Shown here piece after piece: positions 32,453 through 42,358 of a stretch of DNA of 64,000 nucleotides (the stretch's first letter is position 1; each line of letters starts with the position of its first letter). The notes beneath the pieces were generated by a model. It was not told where the DNA came from and ran no database searches. It saw only the letters and a list, made by a program, of their open reading frames with translations. The position numbers were made by a program, and so were the translations under genes. The stretch lies in contig JBBQRQ010000007.1 of NCBI GenBank assembly GCA_038214755.1, positions 1 through 64,000 of the forward strand, given 5' to 3'. The stretch is from Verrucomicrobiota bacterium. Its GTDB lineage: Bacteria > Verrucomicrobiota > Verrucomicrobiia > Limisphaerales > CANJXF01.

Positions 32453-33763
32453 TTACGTTAGCCTCAAAAATCCGTTGTGGCAGACCGATGTTTTTAAGGA
32501 CTTAGCTGGGTTTCCTCGTTGCAGCGCCTTAGCGATAAAAGCAAAAGCCTGATCTGCCGCATGAAGATAATTTACAATATCCTGTTTACGATGCGCCAAA
32601 GATGCATACAACGCGGTGGTCGCAAGAAAACCTTGACTGAGCATCTCCTGGGTAAAGAGGGTCTTTAAGACCAGCGGATCTTTGTCATCAAAACTAAAAT
32701 GCGCCAGCGGATTCATCCCGGAAACCGTGATTCTTAAACCATGCCGAAGAGCTAGCTTTTGCCATCCGGCTTTAACGGTCTCTCCGATGGAATCAAGGTG
32801 CGCCGGAACGTTTTGCGCTTTCAATTTCTTAATGGTGGCCAAGGCCGCCACGGGGCCGATGCGCTCGGTCCAATAAGTACTGCTGATAAAAGAACTTTCG
32901 GCCGCTCTCATTACCTGGCGACGTCCGATAATTGCGGCCATGGGATAACCATTGCTCATCCCCTTGGCAAAAACAGCAATGTCAGGTTCTACTTTAAACT
33001 TCAAGTGTGCGCCGCCAATGGCCAGCCGCCATCCAGAAGAAACTTCGTCAAAAATTAAAACGATGCCTCGCTTTGTGGTTTCAGTACGGACCGTCTCCAA
33101 AAAACCTTTCTTAGGCTCATAATTGCGAATCGGCTCCATCACCACCGCGCCCAATTGATTTCCATGTTTTTTGATCAGCTCAAGAAATCGTTCGGTGTCG
33201 TTATAATAAAAAGGGACCGCCGTGCTTTTTAATCGGCGCGACACACCTGCGGGATTCAGGCCAGGCAAAAGATGTCCATTCAACCGTTTGTTACCAGCCA
33301 AATTGGCGGATAGATACCAATCGTGCCATCCGTGGTAACCGCAAAATAGAATATTACTTTTACCCGTATGTGCTCGGGCGATACGCACCGCAACCGTCAG
33401 AGCCTCCCCGCCAGTGCGGGCGAATCGAGCCATCTTTGCCCAGGGATGCAGCCGGCACAAAAGTTCAGCGAGCTCAACCTCCTCCGGACAGTTTAGTGTT
33501 GACATGGTCCCCTGTTCGATTGCGTTCTTGACCGCCTGATCCACGTCCGGGTCCGCATATCCTAAAATGCAGGCGCCGATGCCCATATAACTGGCGTCGG
33601 TATATTGTTTACCGTTTAGGTCCCATACGCGGCAGCCTTTGGCCTTTTGATAATAGGTCGGCCATAACCCGGGCAAATGCAGTTCGGGACGCTTACTCAA
33701 AAGCTGCGTGCCGCCGGGGATCAATTTTTTTGCTCTTGCGTACAAAGTTTGGTTTTTATCCAT
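32453..33763 (-). CDS. Class III PLP aminotransferase (GSA-aminomutase-like)
   Basis: IPGGTQLLSKRP, RFARTGGEA, CGYHGWHDW, FDEVSSGWR, FAKGMSNG. Confidence 0.92.
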   Translation of the reverse strand: MDKNQTLYARAKKLIPGGTQLLSKRPELHLPGLWPTYYQKAKGCRVWDLNGKQYTDASYMGIGACILGYADPDVDQAVKNAIEQGTMSTLNCPEEVELAELLCRLHPWAKMARFARTGGEALTVAVRIARAHTGKSNILFCGYHGWHDWYLSANLAGNKRLNGHLLPGLNPAGVSRRLKSTAVPFYYNDTERFLELIKKHGNQLGAVVMEPIRNYEPKKGFLETVRTETTKRGIVLIFDEVSSGWRLAIGGAHLKFKVEPDIAVFAKGMSNGYPMAAIIGRRQVMRAAESSFISSTYWTERIGPVAALATIKKLKAQNVPAHLDSIGETVKAGWQKLALRHGLRITVSGMNPLAHFSFDDKDPLVLKTLFTQEMLSQGFLATTALYASLAHRKQDIVNYLHAADQAFAFIAKALQRGNPAKSLKTSVCHNGFLRLT

Positions 33764-33954
33764 GAAAGGTATGTCTTATGTTTTATTCTAACGAAAGTAT
33801 GGCGCCGCGAGACAATGCATCGATGGAAATTAGAACCATCGAGACGCCACATCGTCGGCACAACGCAGGGGAAAAACTGCGTCGTCGTGAGAGGCGATAG
33901 TTAGTTACATCTTCATCATGCTTGATCGGCTACAAAAACAATAAGTGAGTAGGA

Positions 33955-36114
33955 CTACTTCGGCCGTTTCTTGAATGCCTCTTCGTTCTCTTTTTCCGTG
34001 ACCTCGCTGAAGGTGCCGTTGTCCTGCCGAATCCAAAGACTTTTCCAGGCGAACTCCGCCAGCCGCATGTCGCGGCGCTGATCCATGAACGCCTGGAGCA
34101 CTTTCTCGCCATCGGTTCCGAGCTTGAGCAGCGCGTTTCCCACAGGCCGATAGCCCCAGTCGGCGTCGGCGCGCTGACAGCCAGCGCCGAGCTTCGCATA
34201 GAGATTTTTCAACGCTTCGAGAATCTTCGGACGCAGCGGGTCCAATTCCTTTGCACGGCTCGTGGCAATCACGCCCAGCGAAGTTGCGGCGCGGTCGGAC
34301 ACCACGGGATCGTCATTACGGGTGGCTTCGATGAGCACTTCCACGGCTTTGGGGCTGCGGGAAACGTTGGCCAGTGCCTCGGCGGCAGCGAAGCGGACGG
34401 GGCGCTCGGAATCGTTTAGCCCCTTCGCCAAGGTCGGCACCAACTCCTCGTTCGCTGTGCGGCGGAACGTGCGCATGGCCGTGAGGCGGACCATTGGGTT
34501 CTTGCTCTCGACGGCAGCAGTAGCGAGTTCGGCGCGCGGGAACGGCTGGATTTTCGTCAGGGCGATAACTGCACTCTCTACCAGCGGATGCGTGCCCGCC
34601 CGGTCAACGGCCGCGAGCAGTTTGGCAGCGCTTTCGGGCCGATTGAGTTCGCGCAAAGCTTCCGCGGCCACGCAGCGCACGCCATTCTCGGCGTCCTCCA
34701 GACCCGCCTCGATGATCGGCAGAGCTTGCAGGTCTTTCGATTTGCCTAGCGCCAGCAGGGCCATCCGGCGGACGAGCAGGTTCGCATCTTTGGTCAGCGG
34801 CGTGAGGTCGGCGACGGTGGCCTTGGTTTTTCCGTGGATAATCTGCGAGAGCGCTTTGAGCCGTGGCACATCGTCTTTTCCCCGCAAGACATCGAGCGGC
34901 TGCGCGGGTAGGTTGGCCCGGTCGAGGTAGGCGTCGTCTTCGCCCACGGCGATCGCTGTCGCCACGCCTCGGTCGTGAAATGGTTTCCAGCGTTCGGCAT
35001 GAGGACTTGAGGTGATAGCGGAGACGGAAGTCCTCGTTTGCCGCGTCAGCCAGAGCAGGTCTTCCGTCGCGTGCAACTGCATCGCGGAACTGCCATACGC
35101 GATGAATTCGTCCACGATGCCCTCGCGCACCCAGGCCTCGAGATCGAAGTAGATGTGGCCGCCGGTCATCATCAACTCCGGCACGTTCCATGGCTGCGGG
35201 AAATGCGTCTGCCCCGGGTTGATGAACATGCCGAGCTTCTTGCCGCTCTTGGCGAGTTCCGCTTTCAGTTCGCGCAGATATTGCGTGACGTATTCGCCGC
35301 GCAACGCATACCAGTCATCGCGGCTGGCCATGCGCGTGAATGGCTTCGCGCGGATGTCGAGGCCGGTGCGTCTCTTGAACTCTTTCACGATCGGCTCATT
35401 GAAGCCAAACTCGTCCTGGAATCGTGTGCTGAAGTTCTCGGCGTAGGTGAGAAATATCATCCCATCATAGCCGTCGCGCTTCATAAACTTCATGTGCAAA
35501 TCCACCAATGCGCGTCGCGCCTCGGGATAAGCAAACTCAATCGGCCCACCTTGGCGCAGCACGCCGTGGCGGTCCATGGGCACCCATTCGGGATGCGCCA
35601 GCCGAAGGCGCGACTCGGAGTTGTGCGGGAAATCGCCAGAGCATGGCGTGTCTGCTGAACTGCCCCAATCAAACATCGTGGCGACACCCCAAATCTCCAT
35701 CCCGCGCCGATGCGCCGCTTCAACTGCCGTGCGATCAGGATCGACCTCCTTGTATAGCCGGTGGCACCATTTCCACCACTCAGCGTAACGACAGTTCTCC
35801 TCACGGAAGAGAAATGTGTCCATCCAGGTTGCCTCTTCCAGTCCGCGCCAGTAAACGCGCCGCACGCCTATTTTTTCCAGCAAATTAAACGACGCCTCAA
35901 TCGACGCCTTTGAATCAATCGGCAACCATGACCCGAGCCAGTGATTGTCGCCGGTACTGATGAAGCAGTCGAAGATGACGGTTTTAGATGGCGTGGATTC
36001 GGCGGCGACCAACGGGACGACGAGCGCAAACAGCAGCAGCGCAATGATCACGCCGAGGCCGCGCAGGAAGTGGCGGCGGTTCAGGAGCCAGTTTTGGGTA
36101 AGAATGTTGCTCAT
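33955..36114 (-). CDS. Glycoside-hydrolase-like TIM barrel + HEAT-repeat protein
   Basis: HPEWV, FAYPEAR, YDG, FGFNEPIV..F motifs (GHL10/DUF187-like); C-terminal VR..AAEAL repeats. Confidence 0.78.
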   Translation of the reverse strand: MSNILTQNWLLNRRHFLRGLGVIIALLLFALVVPLVAAESTPSKTVIFDCFISTGDNHWLGSWLPIDSKASIEASFNLLEKIGVRRVYWRGLEEATWMDTFLFREENCRYAEWWKWCHRLYKEVDPDRTAVEAAHRRGMEIWGVATMFDWGSSADTPCSGDFPHNSESRLRLAHPEWVPMDRHGVLRQGGPIEFAYPEARRALVDLHMKFMKRDGYDGMIFLTYAENFSTRFQDEFGFNEPIVKEFKRRTGLDIRAKPFTRMASRDDWYALRGEYVTQYLRELKAELAKSGKKLGMFINPGQTHFPQPWNVPELMMTGGHIYFDLEAWVREGIVDEFIAYGSSAMQLHATEDLLWLTRQTRTSVSAITSSPHAERWKPFHDRGVATAIAVGEDDAYLDRANLPAQPLDVLRGKDDVPRLKALSQIIHGKTKATVADLTPLTKDANLLVRRMALLALGKSKDLQALPIIEAGLEDAENGVRCVAAEALRELNRPESAAKLLAAVDRAGTHPLVESAVIALTKIQPFPRAELATAAVESKNPMVRLTAMRTFRRTANEELVPTLAKGLNDSERPVRFAAAEALANVSRSPKAVEVLIEATRNDDPVVSDRAATSLGVIATSRAKELDPLRPKILEALKNLYAKLGAGCQRADADWGYRPVGNALLKLGTDGEKVLQAFMDQRRDMRLAEFAWKSLWIRQDNGTFSEVTEKENEEAFKKRPK

Positions 36115-36210
36115 GGTCGTGCGGGGGCAGCGTTTTTGGAATAGTTCGTTGAGCGCGAGAGATTCGACGAGCGTGGTGGAATTGGAAATCCAACATGCTC
36201 GCCATTGAGT

Positions 36211-37053
36211 TTACTTCCGAACGGATAGTGTAATTTCCAACTGATCCATGGAAATCGTGCCGGTGACCTCATTGGAAAATCCTAAAAAACAGAAGCCATG
36301 ACAGAAACTCCCCTTGAGAGCCTGATCCAGATTTGCTGGGCTTGTCGGTGTAGCCGACCAGGTTCGTTGCCAAAGAGACTCCTCGTTCGTCAGAGTAAAG
36401 GTTTGTTTAGGCCCCCAACTGCCTTGTTGAATCTGGAGCGGATGCCCCGTATAAACCCACCGTGTGCCGTTAAAAGCCCAGAAAAAGCACTTCGCGCCCT
36501 TCAAATCCAGCCCATCTCCTCGCAGGTAAACGGACACCTTGGCGTTTCGTAAGTCCAATTCTCCACGGCCAAAAGTCGTTACCTTGAACGGGACATCGCC
36601 ATTCCCCCAATCCCGGTAGAGTATTTTTAATTCGGGTAAAATTAATTTTAAATTCCGGTAGAGGATGAAAGGGAAAATTATCTGAGGACTCTCCGGTGTA
36701 TCAATGCGCCACCGGGAATCGTCGGCCCAAATGTGGCCAGAATTCGTGACGCCTCCAGTCTTTTCCCAGGTTACCGGATAGAACGAATTCCCGCCACTGG
36801 CGATACCTCCATTATAGTCATAGATATACCAACCTTCCGGGCCGTTTTCAAAGCTGCTTTCCAGGGTCCGCTGTGGCTGCGCATGGGCGCAATTAAAAGA
36901 AAGCCCAATGCAAATAAGTCCCGACATGGTGGCTGCCATCTTCCGTAGTGTGATCCGGCATGTAATTTCAGCCATGCGGTTATAAGTGCGGGCGATCACG
37001 GCACAGACATCGGCGGCTGCGACGAAGATTGGAAGCAGATGGATCGTTCTCAT
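36211..37053 (-). CDS. Secreted hypothetical beta-sandwich protein
   Basis: Long ORF; start uncertain (37053 or downstream); domain shared with 40522..42333. Confidence 0.65.
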   Translation of the reverse strand: MRTIHLLPIFVAAADVCAVIARTYNRMAEITCRITLRKMAATMSGLICIGLSFNCAHAQPQRTLESSFENGPEGWYIYDYNGGIASGGNSFYPVTWEKTGGVTNSGHIWADDSRWRIDTPESPQIIFPFILYRNLKLILPELKILYRDWGNGDVPFKVTTFGRGELDLRNAKVSVYLRGDGLDLKGAKCFFWAFNGTRWVYTGHPLQIQQGSWGPKQTFTLTNEESLWQRTWSATPTSPANLDQALKGSFCHGFCFLGFSNEVTGTISMDQLEITLSVRK

Positions 37054-37182
37054 TTTACTTTCGTTGGATGTTGCTAATTTTTTGCCGCTCGGCGGGTGCT
37101 GTTCATTGAAACTGGTTCTTTGTTCCCTTCGTTCGCTTCTCTTGAGCCGCCCGGACAAGGTCGTCCAATTCTCAAGAAACTG

Positions 37183-38040
37183 TCATGGCTTGGTGTGTTC
37201 CGGGAAATCCTTCGCGTAGCGTCCGAGCAGCTTCGACACGTCGTTTGGCATGACGTAAATCTTGCCGCGGATTTTCTTCGTCTCGCCAGCCCGCAAGCCG
37301 CCGAGCCGAAAATCCGCATGCAGACAGCGGCCCACGCCCTGGAAAAGTTCCTGATAAGGTTCCCAGGCGGTTGCCCAAATCAGTTTCTCGTCACCACTGA
37401 AGCAGCCGATGAGGCCGTTGCTCGGCACGAGCCGGCTGAGCGGGCGCGGATTCACATCGGTGCGCGGCACGTGTGCCGGGCACCAGACCTGGCCGGGAAC
37501 GTAGCGCGCGCGCTTCGCCCAATCGCGCGTCGGCATCCGCTCCAGTTTGCCATTGAGGAACAGAAAACACTTGGGCAAATAATCATCGAGGTCTTTGCTC
37601 TTCGGATCATTGAAGCCGGTGAAGTCGCCGAGGCGCGGACACGCCTGCGCCCAATGCGCCTCGGAGCGCGTGGTGTTGGGATTGCTCGCGACGAGTTGGA
37701 AGTCCACCTCATCATCTTTCGCCGTGATGGTGTGCTCGACGATCACACCGTCGATGAGCGCGTCCTTGAGTTTGAGCACTTTTTTGTCGTCGCTCAATGA
37801 AACGAATGCCGACGCATGCTTGATGACTGTGTGTTCGATCCAATCGGCGTCGGTCGAGCCGGCGCGACAATACGCTTCGAGGTAGTTAATGCGAATCGCG
37901 CCGCCGGGAAGCTGCGGCCCATGGACGATGAGAAAATTATTAGTGCGCGAAAGCGTGAGGCCGGTCGGTGACTCTGCTCGGACCGCTACTAAATGAACAA
38001 ACGTGGCGGCCACCGTCAGGATGCGAGAATAGTTGCTCAT
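37183..38040 (-). CDS. Secreted hypothetical protein
   Basis: 285-aa ORF with signal peptide, co-oriented with the cluster. Confidence 0.75.
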   Translation of the reverse strand: MSNYSRILTVAATFVHLVAVRAESPTGLTLSRTNNFLIVHGPQLPGGAIRINYLEAYCRAGSTDADWIEHTVIKHASAFVSLSDDKKVLKLKDALIDGVIVEHTITAKDDEVDFQLVASNPNTTRSEAHWAQACPRLGDFTGFNDPKSKDLDDYLPKCFLFLNGKLERMPTRDWAKRARYVPGQVWCPAHVPRTDVNPRPLSRLVPSNGLIGCFSGDEKLIWATAWEPYQELFQGVGRCLHADFRLGGLRAGETKKIRGKIYVMPNDVSKLLGRYAKDFPEHTKP

Positions 38041-38107
38041 AGGTTGCTCTGGTTTGCGCCGAAACGGCCTTTCAGGAGGATTGTCTTCAGTCGAAAAAAC
38101 GTTCTGT

Positions 38108-38794
38108 TCACACGACCTCCAGCATCCTCGGCCTCACGCTCCGTAACGCCTCGGCATACTTGGCGCCGCAGGCCAGCCCGCGATAGCGCGCGAGCGCCGT
38201 CTTGGAGTCTATCGCACCATTTTTTGCGGGATCAAAAGGCGCGTTCATCATGAAAGCAAAGAGGCCTCCGAGCCACTTGGTGGCAAGCGGCCATTCGTCG
38301 GTGACATCAACGTAGGTATCGGGAGTGAAGTCGATGGTGTGACTGGGGCCGTTGTCGAACCAGAAGATCTGGCTTGGAGCGCGCGCGTTCTCTTTGCCGA
38401 TGAGGCGCGCAGGCTGGGTCAGAGCGGCGTGCGCGATGGCACTGGCGGCCTCGTGGTCGGGGTTGCGGTCGTGACGCCAGAGCATAAAGGCGGTATCCGG
38501 CGCAACCTCGGCGACCACTTCGGCCACGGCGCGTTTGGTGGCGAGCGTAGGCTCGAAGCCCATGCTCGCGTGCTTGAGAAAGCGCATTTCGATGCCACAC
38601 TCCTTCGCCATGTGGATGCTGAGGTCGATGAGCTGCTGCTCGCGGCTTCGCACAGGTGGCCAGTTGGTGTAGTCGCCGATGAGGTTGAGAATGACCACGC
38701 GATAATGCTGGCGCACGGCTTTCAGGAGAACTCCGGAAATTCCGAAGGGGCAGTCATCGTAGTGGGCACCGATGGCCAGGATGCTCTTGGGCAT
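38108..38794 (-). CDS. PIG-L/LmbE family deacetylase
   Basis: IGAHYDD, DRNPDH, YVDVT, YAEA. Confidence 0.9.
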   Translation of the reverse strand: MPKSILAIGAHYDDCPFGISGVLLKAVRQHYRVVILNLIGDYTNWPPVRSREQQLIDLSIHMAKECGIEMRFLKHASMGFEPTLATKRAVAEVVAEVAPDTAFMLWRHDRNPDHEAASAIAHAALTQPARLIGKENARAPSQIFWFDNGPSHTIDFTPDTYVDVTDEWPLATKWLGGLFAFMMNAPFDPAKNGAIDSKTALARYRGLACGAKYAEALRSVRPRMLEVV

Positions 38795-38847
38795 AAGGCT
38801 TTTTATTCGGAGTCGTGACCAGTTTAAGAATCTGCTCTGGAGGGCCG

Positions 38848-40407
38848 TTACTTTCCTCCTTCGATCCCTCGGCGCAAGAGGTTCTGTGTGATCTGCTGCA
38901 CGCGTTCATCCGGACCGTGAGGACGCGTCCAGTGGGTCCAGGGAAGAGTGTGACCCGGCGGAGAACTAAGACCCTGAGCCCAGAAGATTGTCGAGGCGTT
39001 GAATACGAAATTATTCTTTGGACCGGGATAGATCGTCGCAGTCCAATGCTGGGGACTGGTGCCGTTGACCCAGGCGGTGCCTTCGCCAACTACCTCTAAG
39101 CCGGGGATGTCACTTGGGGGATTGCCGTGGTATTCCCAGCCGACGAGGCCGGGAATCCGGTCACCCTTCTTCATGCCGGTTCCCTCGAAGATCCAGTTAT
39201 CGGGTTTCACACAGACCCAATCACCGCCACCGTTGACTGGCTCAACGTTGCGGGCTCCGATGAGGTAGCCTTCATCGGGTCCGCGATGGGGGAAAGGCCC
39301 ATGTTCTTTCTCGCGCTGCTCGGCATGCTTAGCTTGCCCGCCATACGGGCCGCCTCGAAACATGATCCGCGCAGGACGGCCATCGGTGGAAGGCTTCAAT
39401 GGCGTAACCCAGCAGACGGCGTTGCCCGAGAGGAACAGCAAGTTCACGCCAGCGTCGCGCATCTTCGTGACGCTTTCATACTGGCGGATGTCCCAGTACT
39501 CGTCGTGGCCGACGCTGATGAAGACCTTGCACTTCAGACCATGCTCCGGAGTGGTCATGTCGCTGTTGGCGCAATACGACACGTCATAGCCGTGTTGTTC
39601 CAGGAAGTAAAGGAGCGGGAACTCAAACGGCAGAAACTCGCCCGAACCAACGGTGAGCGGATCGTTGACAATGCCCTGGAACTGAGCCTCGCGCCCATAA
39701 GGCCGGTCGAAGCTCACATCGGCCCAAGGCCCTTGGCCTCCCTTCGGGTGGGTATAGACCGAGTAATGCGTGGGCCAGCGGTTGTACGCCTGCCATGTGT
39801 TATCGGAACATTGAAACAGGATGTCAGCAGGCCGGTCGTCGCGCACGATAAACACGATGTAGCTCTGCCAGTATGAGGTCTGCTCGTCGTTGGGCAACGT
39901 TGTCATCCGCCCCAAGTATATGCCGCTAGGCCAATCCTGAGGAATCGTCAGGCTCGTGGTCTTGTCCCATCGGCATTCGTGCAGGTCTTTCGGACCGAGC
40001 GTCGGTGTGGGCTGGGCTTTGCCTTGAAACGGTCCGAGCGTTGTCATCAACCTAGCACCTTTTCCCCCGTAGTAACCCATGCGGAAGATCTCGACCTTGA
40101 ACCTCACGGGCGGGTCGGTGGAGACCATGATATCGATAGCCTCGTTTGCCTTGACGCTCTGTTTCGAGCAATAACCCTCGATCCAAGGGCAGCGGAAGCC
40201 ATTGATGTCGTCCAGCCGTACGCGCGTTAATTGCCAGTCCTTCGCGCCCGCCTTGGCGTTCTCGCGCTGGAGCAGCGTCGCATCCCGCTTCGGATTGCCG
40301 GTCGTTTCCTGAGCCGAGCAACTCAGCGCCAGCAACCCCATCGCACCTATCGCCAGAAGGCCGGCGAAACTCTTGCCTCTGATCGTCACCTTAGGCTTGT
40401 TGTTCAT
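38848..40407 (-). CDS. N,N-dimethylformamidase beta-subunit-like secreted protein
   Basis: TWQAYNRW, VSFDRPY, SVGHDEYW, FLSGN, VGWEY, VFNASTI.W. Confidence 0.85.
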   Translation of the reverse strand: MNNKPKVTIRGKSFAGLLAIGAMGLLALSCSAQETTGNPKRDATLLQRENAKAGAKDWQLTRVRLDDINGFRCPWIEGYCSKQSVKANEAIDIMVSTDPPVRFKVEIFRMGYYGGKGARLMTTLGPFQGKAQPTPTLGPKDLHECRWDKTTSLTIPQDWPSGIYLGRMTTLPNDEQTSYWQSYIVFIVRDDRPADILFQCSDNTWQAYNRWPTHYSVYTHPKGGQGPWADVSFDRPYGREAQFQGIVNDPLTVGSGEFLPFEFPLLYFLEQHGYDVSYCANSDMTTPEHGLKCKVFISVGHDEYWDIRQYESVTKMRDAGVNLLFLSGNAVCWVTPLKPSTDGRPARIMFRGGPYGGQAKHAEQREKEHGPFPHRGPDEGYLIGARNVEPVNGGGDWVCVKPDNWIFEGTGMKKGDRIPGLVGWEYHGNPPSDIPGLEVVGEGTAWVNGTSPQHWTATIYPGPKNNFVFNASTIFWAQGLSSPPGHTLPWTHWTRPHGPDERVQQITQNLLRRGIEGGK

Positions 40408-40521
40408 AGCAACTGAGAGGGGTTTGCATTTATGATGCTGATCTGTTTAGAGAGTTCATAGGGACTTCGTAAGAAAGCTGTGAGATCAATCGACACCTTC
40501 ACGACGCCTTTGGCACGTCGC

Positions 40522-42333
40522 TCACTGGCTTGCGGTTTGAAACTGGGCGTCCTCGCCATGCGATGCGCCGGTAGAATTTATGCCGACCAAACGGTAATGA
40601 AACGTGCTACCCGGCTTCAGTCCTGAAAGCAAGGCGAACACACTCCGGGGAGTGACTTGCAGGCCGCCGTATTGTGGGGCAGTTTCCTGGCCGTAGTTGG
40701 TATCGGGTCCATACTCGAAGTGGAACTGTGTTTTTTTCCCGAGGGGGTTGAGCCGTCCTTCCACTTTAGCCGACGCGTTACGAATCCGGCTGGGCGGGCC
40801 GGTTGTAACTTGTGGTCGAGTGTCGGAGGGAATCGTAAAGATCTGGTCTGTTCCGTGACTGGTCCCGGCGGCACTGGTGGCCACCACCCGGTAGTGATAT
40901 GTTCCACCCCCCTTCAGATCGCCTATGTCCTGGTTGACGTGATACCAGTCGTCATCCGTTTGCATCACGGCTCCCGAGCCAAACAGTTCGATCTCGCCCA
41001 AGCCCCAATGTTCCGGCTTGTAGCCAGAGAGGATTCGCACGCGCGCTTGGCGGGCGGGGGCATTGAAGCCTCGTTCAAGGAGAAAGGCAAAATTGGGACC
41101 GGACGGAGAGTTCCTGGACAACTCTTTTTTAAGCAGGGGCTTCCAAGACTGTCCGTCATTGGAGACTAGAATTTCAATTCCTTCGCTGGGCCAAACCGGA
41201 TGCTGGTGGATCTGAATAGTTTGAATGATTACGGGATTGCTGAATGAATAAATGAACTCAAGCGGAGTGGTGGGAGTCGCGGCGCTGCACCACATGCGGC
41301 CCGGACCATTGCGCCAACCGTCGGTCAGCGTGGCTGGATCGTCGAGAGCGCCGGCGGGAGAACTCAACAACCTGCCTCCGTTCGACGGCAACAGTAGGGA
41401 GTAGTTGCGGTAGGCCATTTCGAAATCATCGAAGTCGATCGATCCTCTTGGTGGATTCTTCGGGTCGACATAGGCCAGCAAGTGAAAGAAATCGCAACTC
41501 ACACCAGCCAAGGAATTGTTAATCGGTGCGTAGGAATAGTTGGGTCGATTTTGTGCCAGATTGTTACCGGCGTAGGTCCAATCCTGGGAGTTGTTGTTCA
41601 ATCGGTATTCGACTTTTTCCCATTTGCCGGAGTCAAGAAAATCATTAAGGCTGAAACTCGTGTAGGCCCAGTTAGCCCGCCTCCAATCGGGGCTGTTCTG
41701 CAACAACACATCGTGGTCGCTCTGCAACCACCAGAGACACTCTGTGCCGTTGGGAATCCACTGGTTGCCTCGGACACTGATCTTCACCCTGGCATCGCGG
41801 AGGTCGGGATCGCCTCCACTCAAAAAGGCATGTAGGTCGGCGGGACCCGGGTGAGTTGCGGGATAGAAGTAGCTGGCAAGATGCAAGGCGCCAATTCCAT
41901 CGTCATGGTTGCGGTCGAGAGCGCTCGGCTCCGAAAATCTCACGAATCCTTTTGATGCGCCTCCCTCGGCATGATGCACCAAATCCTTCCCATTCAAGCC
42001 CCCCATCCAACCGGCGAGGCCATCATCCCAACTTTCGCCATAAAAGGCTGCGAGGCGAGGAGGAAGGGGATGTTCAGCGGTTCTGGATCCGTAGCTCGGC
42101 GTAACACCGTATTCAAAATAAGCGGAGGTGGGAAGCGTGTGAGGGTTGATTCGGCCGTTGGCGGTGAAGCCCGTTAAGCCGAGTGAACTGGCAGGCTGCG
42201 ATTCCACCGTCGGGGCCTCGCCTTTTCCTCCGGCCACCCTCTTCTCATTGGCCAGGCCGACACGATCCTTGGAGGCAATATTGCCCGGGACGCCAATGGC
42301 GAAGACACCTAATAGCATCAATACCCTTTTCAT
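40522..42333 (-). CDS. Secreted FN3-like + discoidin-like multidomain protein
   Basis: FEYG.T.SYG and TYHYRVVA FN3-like repeats; IEILVSNDGQSW...EIELFG discoidin. Confidence 0.78.
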   Translation of the reverse strand: MKRVLMLLGVFAIGVPGNIASKDRVGLANEKRVAGGKGEAPTVESQPASSLGLTGFTANGRINPHTLPTSAYFEYGVTPSYGSRTAEHPLPPRLAAFYGESWDDGLAGWMGGLNGKDLVHHAEGGASKGFVRFSEPSALDRNHDDGIGALHLASYFYPATHPGPADLHAFLSGGDPDLRDARVKISVRGNQWIPNGTECLWWLQSDHDVLLQNSPDWRRANWAYTSFSLNDFLDSGKWEKVEYRLNNNSQDWTYAGNNLAQNRPNYSYAPINNSLAGVSCDFFHLLAYVDPKNPPRGSIDFDDFEMAYRNYSLLLPSNGGRLLSSPAGALDDPATLTDGWRNGPGRMWCSAATPTTPLEFIYSFSNPVIIQTIQIHQHPVWPSEGIEILVSNDGQSWKPLLKKELSRNSPSGPNFAFLLERGFNAPARQARVRILSGYKPEHWGLGEIELFGSGAVMQTDDDWYHVNQDIGDLKGGGTYHYRVVATSAAGTSHGTDQIFTIPSDTRPQVTTGPPSRIRNASAKVEGRLNPLGKKTQFHFEYGPDTNYGQETAPQYGGLQVTPRSVFALLSGLKPGSTFHYRLVGINSTGASHGEDAQFQTASQ

Positions 42334-42358
42334 TGAGCCAGGCAGGACCGCTATGCAC

